Origin: Candidatus Bathyarchaeia archaeon
GTDB lineage: Archaea; Thermoproteota; Bathyarchaeia; Bathyarchaeales; Bathycorpusculaceae
NCBI GenBank assembly: GCA_050010515.1
Contig: JBEKKX010000013.1
Coordinates: 1-64,000 of the forward strand
Reading direction: 5' to 3'
DNA: 64,000 nt
Numbering within the stretch: position 1 is the first letter of the stretch; each line of letters starts with the position of its first letter. A program made the position numbers and the translations under genes. Positions 59,318 to 64,000 of this stretch are shown here, piece by piece. The notes below the pieces were generated by a model. The model saw only the letters and a list, made by a program, of their open reading frames with translations, was not told the origin of the DNA and searched no databases.

Positions 59318-59782
59318 GCACTCCACCGCTTGGAGGATCATTTAGCTTCATTGGCTGTTACCTCGGGTTTTGCTTGGTAATATTGCGACCAACAGTCACC
59401 GTTTGTCTGCCAGTGAGATCCATACGGTAATATGTTTGAAGTTGTTTTTAAACATTCTGCATTGGGTTATTTGCGTTTAAATAATTTCCAGACAAAGAAT
59501 ATAACTGCGGAGATGAGGAATGCTGAGTCAAGATGTTTGGGAATGATGGGAAACAAACTCATTGATTGAAAAATGTTATGAATTTTAGTGCTATACCGAT
59601 TGTTCCGCATACAAACATTATCAGCATGCAATCCTGAAAGAGTTCGATCCAGTTGCTATGAATTGTCTTCATTGTATTGCCATCCGCCGAGGGGGGATGT
59701 GCTGTTTTTCTTAATAAGAACATTATGAATCTATGCTGATGATTGTAAGTATCTTGAATTTTGCGTTTGAAGGCCAGGTTTG

Positions 59783-60433
59783 TTATGTTATTCTAGTTGC
59801 TGTTTCGATAAGAAACCCTTTTTTGCCGATTGTGTACGGCAGGCTTCTTGAAGGAACGAAGGTGCCTTTCATCTTCTTTACCATGATATCTCTATGTGTA
59901 GAATCTGATGTCCATGTTGTATTGAATAATATTACGCCGTCAGCGAAGTGCTGCATTGCAGTTTCAGCTTTTTGGTCTTGCATCCCTTCAGTTAAGAGAA
60001 GCAAGTGGTATTCTTCACTGCCTTTGTTTTGACGTGACATTGCGGGGAGCAGGTTGATGGCTTCTTCGATTTTCCGGGTTAAGAGCACTTCGGAAAGTGA
60101 ATCTATAATAATTGTTCGGTGTCCTTTCATTTCTTCAATTACGGTTTCTACCAGATTGTCGGCTTTTGCTAAGGTTTTGAACTTCCAGTTTCCAGCAGCT
60201 TCTAGCGGTGCGATATCCCAGTTGTAGGCGGCCATATCTTCTTTCACGTTGTCGGCGGTTACATTTACAGTAAAATATGTTACCCCAATCTGCTTTGCTC
60301 GCGCATAGGCGATTTGTCTGGCAAAGACTTCATTTCCCGAGCCTGGTAAGCCTGTCAGAAGTAATATTTTAGGCGGTAGACCTCCAGTTAAGAATTCGTC
60401 GAGACCTGCGATTCCTGTTTTAACAAGTTTCAT
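59783..60433 (-). CDS. KaiC/RAD55-family ATPase with degenerate Walker A
   Basis: KTGI.GLD..L.GGLP, GLPGSGNE, IIDSLS, ADGVI, V.KMKG. Confidence 0.9.
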   Translation of the reverse strand: MKLVKTGIAGLDEFLTGGLPPKILLLTGLPGSGNEVFARQIAYARAKQIGVTYFTVNVTADNVKEDMAAYNWDIAPLEAAGNWKFKTLAKADNLVETVIEEMKGHRTIIIDSLSEVLLTRKIEEAINLLPAMSRQNKGSEEYHLLLLTEGMQDQKAETAMQHFADGVILFNTTWTSDSTHRDIMVKKMKGTFVPSRSLPYTIGKKGFLIETATRIT

Positions 60434-60666
60434 GCTTGTCTTCCTTCTCTATATTTTAAACGATTTCAGTTATAACCTTTTTCAACCGCGTCAAAGGCAC
60501 AATAATCTATGGTTTTCTCCAAACTTTTATTACAGTTACTGTCAGTGCCGGCTCTTGTAAGCAATATTTCTTTGTTAGTCTTATAAGAATTCAGGTGGAA
60601 GATTGTTTCATACCGCTTTTTAAGCAAGCGCCCGAAAGTTTCCTTAAGAAAGGAGAGCTTTCTAAA

Positions 60667-60795
60667 ATGATTTTTCGTAAAATCCGTAAAAATGTGAAAG
60701 CGATTTCGCCAATAATTTCGGTGCTATTAATGATTGCCATTGCAGTCGTAGCCTCACTTGTAGTCTACGCTTGGGTAATGGGCTATGTAGGCTAA
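60667..60795 (+). CDS. Very short (42 aa) type IV pilin-like protein or truncated pilin
   Basis: RKIRKNVKA/ISPIISVLLMIAIAVVASLVVYAWVMGYVG*; GGAG RBS. Confidence 0.7.
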   Translation: MIFRKIRKNVKAISPIISVLLMIAIAVVASLVVYAWVMGYVG

Positions 60796-60806
60796 TTTGA
60801 AAAAAG

Positions 60807-60917
60807 CGCCGGGAGGGGGATTTGAACCCCCGCGGCCCCGAGAGGCCACAAGCTGCTTGGTGCTTGCCTGCGCAAACATCTCCAGGCTTGCTCCCTGCCT
60901 GGCTAGGAGACCCCGGC
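60807..60917 (-). tRNA. tRNA-Ser(GGA) with 25-nt intron at 37/38 (60855..60879)
   Basis: GCCGGGG acceptor, CAAGC-CTGGAG|intron|A-GCTTG, long variable arm, GGTTCAAATCC; BHB-like junction. Confidence 0.93.
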
Positions 60918-61282
60918 ACAAATGAAATCAACGGGAATTGAAGCTGGTTCGTAACCTTTCTCTGACTTAAGCATAATTTAAAGCTTTATCGGAATAGTGT
61001 TTGATTAAGATTATTTTTGGCTTTAGCGCTTCGTTCGAATTATGATGAATCTACATAGTTTAGTTTGCATCTACACTTGACTTGCTAGACTTTTCTAATT
61101 ATTCTTTAAAGCAAAAACTCAATTTTCTTGTTTCTAACAGCAGTCCCTTTTTCCTATTAGGATTAGGCATAAGCTTATGATTTTTTTAGTTAGCCCGTAT
61201 TTGGGCCAGCCCAAAATAGCGTTGCATCGCCGACAATTTTTTTGTAACCTTTCTTCTGGTTAGTCATATTTAAATCACCATG

Positions 61283-61335
61283 AAAATTTTAGGTCTGAAC
61301 TGCACAATAAAACCTAAAACACCTATTATTGTGCA
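61283..61335. repeat. Shared motif plus inverted repeat, copy 2
   Basis: AAAATTTTAGGTCTGAAC-TGCACAATAA-N15-TTATTGTGCA. Confidence 0.75.
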
Positions 61336-61647
61336 TATTATCATCTTAACGCCACTCGAGGCGGCGACAAAGAATCAAGCTCTGACCTTGAAGCGTTACT
61401 TGAGTTTTGGCTTTCAAGAGCTCAATCTGGGCGTTCCACGAGGTTTTTCAGAACCTTGATTGTTGTTCTTCCCTGTTAACGGTAGGGTGCTGAACGGTTT
61501 TACTGCTGTTAACTTTCGGGTGATACGAGCATGCCAATTTAACATTTTTCTATGTATTTTTCTGTTTCGAGATTTTGTCTAAAACTGCTATTTTGCAAGT
61601 AGACTCGTCCAAAATAAAATTCAATAAATTTAATAATTAAGCAAACG

Positions 61648-62006
61648 TTAGGTCGCGTGAAGCCAACCGCGCCCGCCTTTCTTAGGCTGTTGAACTTCCC
61701 GCTTCTTAGGAACATACGCCAAAGTACGCTTGTTTCTCTGAGGCTCGCGACTGGTGATTTTGGTTTTTACGAATTTTTTAACGCCTTAAAATCCCTAGTC
61801 GCATGGATAATGGTGCCACGCTCCACGTACAAAGATGCATAGTCACTAACCGAAATGCCCTCAGCTCTCTCCTTATCGTTGAAGCGCTCACTCCACAAAA
61901 GTTTCCATTCAACTTTAAGTTTCTCAACTAATTCCTTTTGCGCTTTAATTCTGCTCTCAAGAGACGCATCAACAGAAGCTTGAGGCGAATCGTTAGTAAC
62001 CTGCAA
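61648..62006 (-). pseudogene. Hypothetical protein split by a -1 frameshift at A-AAA-AAT
   Basis: ORF ..TRDFKALKNS* continues in the -1 frame as KFVKTKITS...KKGGRGWLHAT*. Confidence 0.55.
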
Positions 62007-62182
62007 TTGCCTCTCTCATTCCCTACTCACTTCTTTGTCCTCGAACTATTTAACAATTATTCTAGAACAAACATAAGCTTTTCCAAGTATTTTGGGAAAA
62101 GATAAACGGTTTTTTGTTAGACAAAGTTTTTATTCGCGTTTGAAACTTATTTTCGACCGTTAAGACAAAGGATGATTCAAAG

Positions 62183-62932
62183 ATGGCCCTACAAAAAGGA
62201 GATTTCATACTAATCAGTTATACAGCAAAAGTTAAGGAAACAAACGGAGTTTTCGACACAACATACGAAGATGTAGCCAAGAAAGAGCACCTCTATAAAG
62301 AAGGGAAAATGTATGAGCCTAAACTGGTAGTTGTAGGCGAAAGCTGGGTTCTCAAAGCCCTAGATGACAGTTTAACAACAATGGAGATAAACAAACCTGC
62401 AGCCGTTGAAATTCCACCTGACAAAGGCTTCGGGCAAAGAGACCCGGAAAAAATGAGGCGTGTGTCACTCAAACAATTGCTGGCAAAAGACATTAACCCA
62501 GTTGTTGGAGCACAGATAGAATTTCAAGGGAAAGGTGCGGTTGTGCGTTCAATGGGCGCGGGAAGAGTACTTTTAGACTTCAACCCTCCATTAGCTGGAA
62601 AAACCTTAATTTACGATGTCACAGTCAGCAGGAAACTTGAAAGCAACGAGGAAAAAATCGGCGCTCTTATCCACCGTAGAGTACCTGTGGTGGAAGAAAA
62701 CAAGTTCACACTAACCATACAAGACAAAAGCTTAACTATTGACATGCCGGAGGTAGCCTTCTATATTGAAGGCATCCAAATTGCCAAACGCGGCATTGCC
62801 CTTGACATCCAGAAATTCATCCCTGACTTGGCTGAGACAAAATTCGTTGAAGCCTTCAAAGCTGAACCCAAACCAGCACCAGCAGCAGCGACACCTGCAC
62901 CAGCACCAGAAGCACCAGCTAGCGCGCCCTAA
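62183..62932 (+). CDS. slyD: FKBP-type peptidyl-prolyl isomerase (long archaeal SlyD type)
   Basis: GDFI.I.YT, FDTT, IPP.KGFG.RD, DFNPPLAGK. Confidence 0.93.
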   Translation: MALQKGDFILISYTAKVKETNGVFDTTYEDVAKKEHLYKEGKMYEPKLVVVGESWVLKALDDSLTTMEINKPAAVEIPPDKGFGQRDPEKMRRVSLKQLLAKDINPVVGAQIEFQGKGAVVRSMGAGRVLLDFNPPLAGKTLIYDVTVSRKLESNEEKIGALIHRRVPVVEENKFTLTIQDKSLTIDMPEVAFYIEGIQIAKRGIALDIQKFIPDLAETKFVEAFKAEPKPAPAAATPAPAPEAPASAP

Positions 62933-63095
62933 AAAAGCGTTAGCAACCATTCTATCTTTTATAAACAAATTTCTACTGTGTTCAGAGCTAAGAATAAAGA
63001 TAAATCAGTCATGCTGCTATAATTATAATGTACAAGCACTCACGTTCACTATTATTCTCGCATACATGCTTCGTAGGGAGGTGAAAAAAGCAGAG

Positions 63096-63479
63096 ATGGA
63101 TCATACAATAGTTCACTTTGAAATCCCAGCCCAAGATGTAGAAAAACTGAAGCAGTTCTATGAAGAGGTTTTTGGCTGGAAAATAATCCAGTACCCTGCA
63201 CCAGAAGACTACTGGATTATACAAACTGTTCCTGTCGACTCAAACGGTATGCTGCTGAGGCCAGGAGTAAACGGTGGCATGTTTAGAAAGCAACAGCCTG
63301 AAATTAAACCTATCAACTATTTTGCTGTTGAGTCTATTAACGATTACTTAGTTAAAATTCAAAAGCTTGGTGGCAAAGTGATCTCGCCCAAACAGGAAGT
63401 TCCTAATGTTGGTTGGATAGCTGCGGCAGAAGATCCTGAAGGAAACAAGTTTGCGCTTATTCAGCCGTTACGCGTTTAG
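63096..63479 (+). CDS. VOC/glyoxalase family protein
   Basis: IVHFEIPA.D..K...FY..VFGW, GVNGG, DPEGN.F. Confidence 0.92.
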   Translation: MDHTIVHFEIPAQDVEKLKQFYEEVFGWKIIQYPAPEDYWIIQTVPVDSNGMLLRPGVNGGMFRKQQPEIKPINYFAVESINDYLVKIQKLGGKVISPKQEVPNVGWIAAAEDPEGNKFALIQPLRV

Positions 63480-63490
63480 AATTCAAGTGT

Positions 63491-64000
63491 TTAATTTATT
63501 ATTCCTGTTGCCTTTGCTGTTTTCTCGCATGCTTCGAAATTAAGATTTAACTTTTGAAGGATTGTGTAGCGTTCAGGCCTTATTTTCGCTGCTGCCTCCA
63601 ACGCTTTAACCACATCAACATCTTTAACGCCTAATTCGCTAGCAGTTGTTGGTGCACCCATCTGCTTGAGCGTATTTCTTATTCTTTGCCAGTTTGCCCT
63701 GTAAAGATAAGCGGTCAATATTGAGCCTACGCCGCATTGTTCGCCGTGCATGGCATGGTGCGAATTAAACATGTCTAGGGCGTGGCTAAACAAGTGTTCT
63801 GAACCGCTGCATGGGCGGCTGCTTCCAGCGATGCTCATGGCAACGCCGCAGCTTATCAAAGCCTCAAGAAGTACGTGTAGTCCTTCATCTTTGCGGGAGA
63901 CGATTAAGTCGGCGTTTTCAATAACCAGTTTTGCACTCATTAAGGCTAAACTGGCTGCGTATTCGCCGTAATACTCGTTTTGTTCCAGATGTGCCAGTTT
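63491..64000 (-). CDS. egsA: Glycerol-1-phosphate dehydrogenase, 5' part beyond window
   Basis: GSSRPCSGSEHLFSHALD, HGEQCG, IRPERYTIL. Confidence 0.95.
   Translation of the reverse strand, partial: KLAHLEQNEYYGEYAASLALMSAKLVIENADLIVSRKDEGLHVLLEALISCGVAMSIAGSSRPCSGSEHLFSHALDMFNSHHAMHGEQCGVGSILTAYLYRANWQRIRNTLKQMGAPTTASELGVKDVDVVKALEAAAKIRPERYTILQKLNLNFEACEKTAKATGIIN

Noticed and set aside
59455-59730. Possible frameshifted small membrane-protein gene on the minus strand
   Set aside because: Hydrophobic fragments in two frames but no recognisable family.
1-64000. CRISPR array, rRNA, integrase or transposase
   Set aside because: No regularly spaced repeat-spacer units and no recognisable rRNA, recombinase or transposase motifs seen.

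Overview
Archaeal chromosome segment, most likely Candidatus Bathyarchaeia; this is inferred from gene content and protein style, not from a marker search. The housekeeping backbone comprises thiL, trmY, PRTase-cgi121, THUMP, rli1, top6B/A, aIF5B, a SAMP-like protein, srp19, rps8e, smc-scpA-scpB, a radA-like/arCOG07300/polB2 operon, an FKBP PPIase and partial egsA. It also has an eno-rps2-memo-mvk-ubiD-acnX-ipk-fni-GGPPS-gltX cluster (archaeal modified mevalonate/lipid genes) and two tRNA genes (Thr-CGT; intron-containing Ser-GGA). Small accessory islets are interspersed: a Panacea/YwgA-like + SAMHD1-like HD pair bracketed by ~214-bp direct repeats, a ~1-kb islet at the tRNA-Thr 3' end, a decayed element with an RNase H-like nuclease, an HNH gene, and many intact or decayed toxin-antitoxin modules. 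The most notable non-standard observations are the repeat-bracketed HD/Panacea cassette, an exact TTTCACTTTCA DNA-damage-box match upstream of the polB2 operon, a pilin/roadblock/roadblock cluster, a 22-aa acidic Trp microprotein, a 28-bp motif with inverted repeat shared by two loci 45 kb apart, and a helix-only pilin next to a Walker-A-degenerate KaiC. No CRISPR array, rRNA, integrase or transposase was seen. All product calls come from motif recognition by eye; no database search was run.
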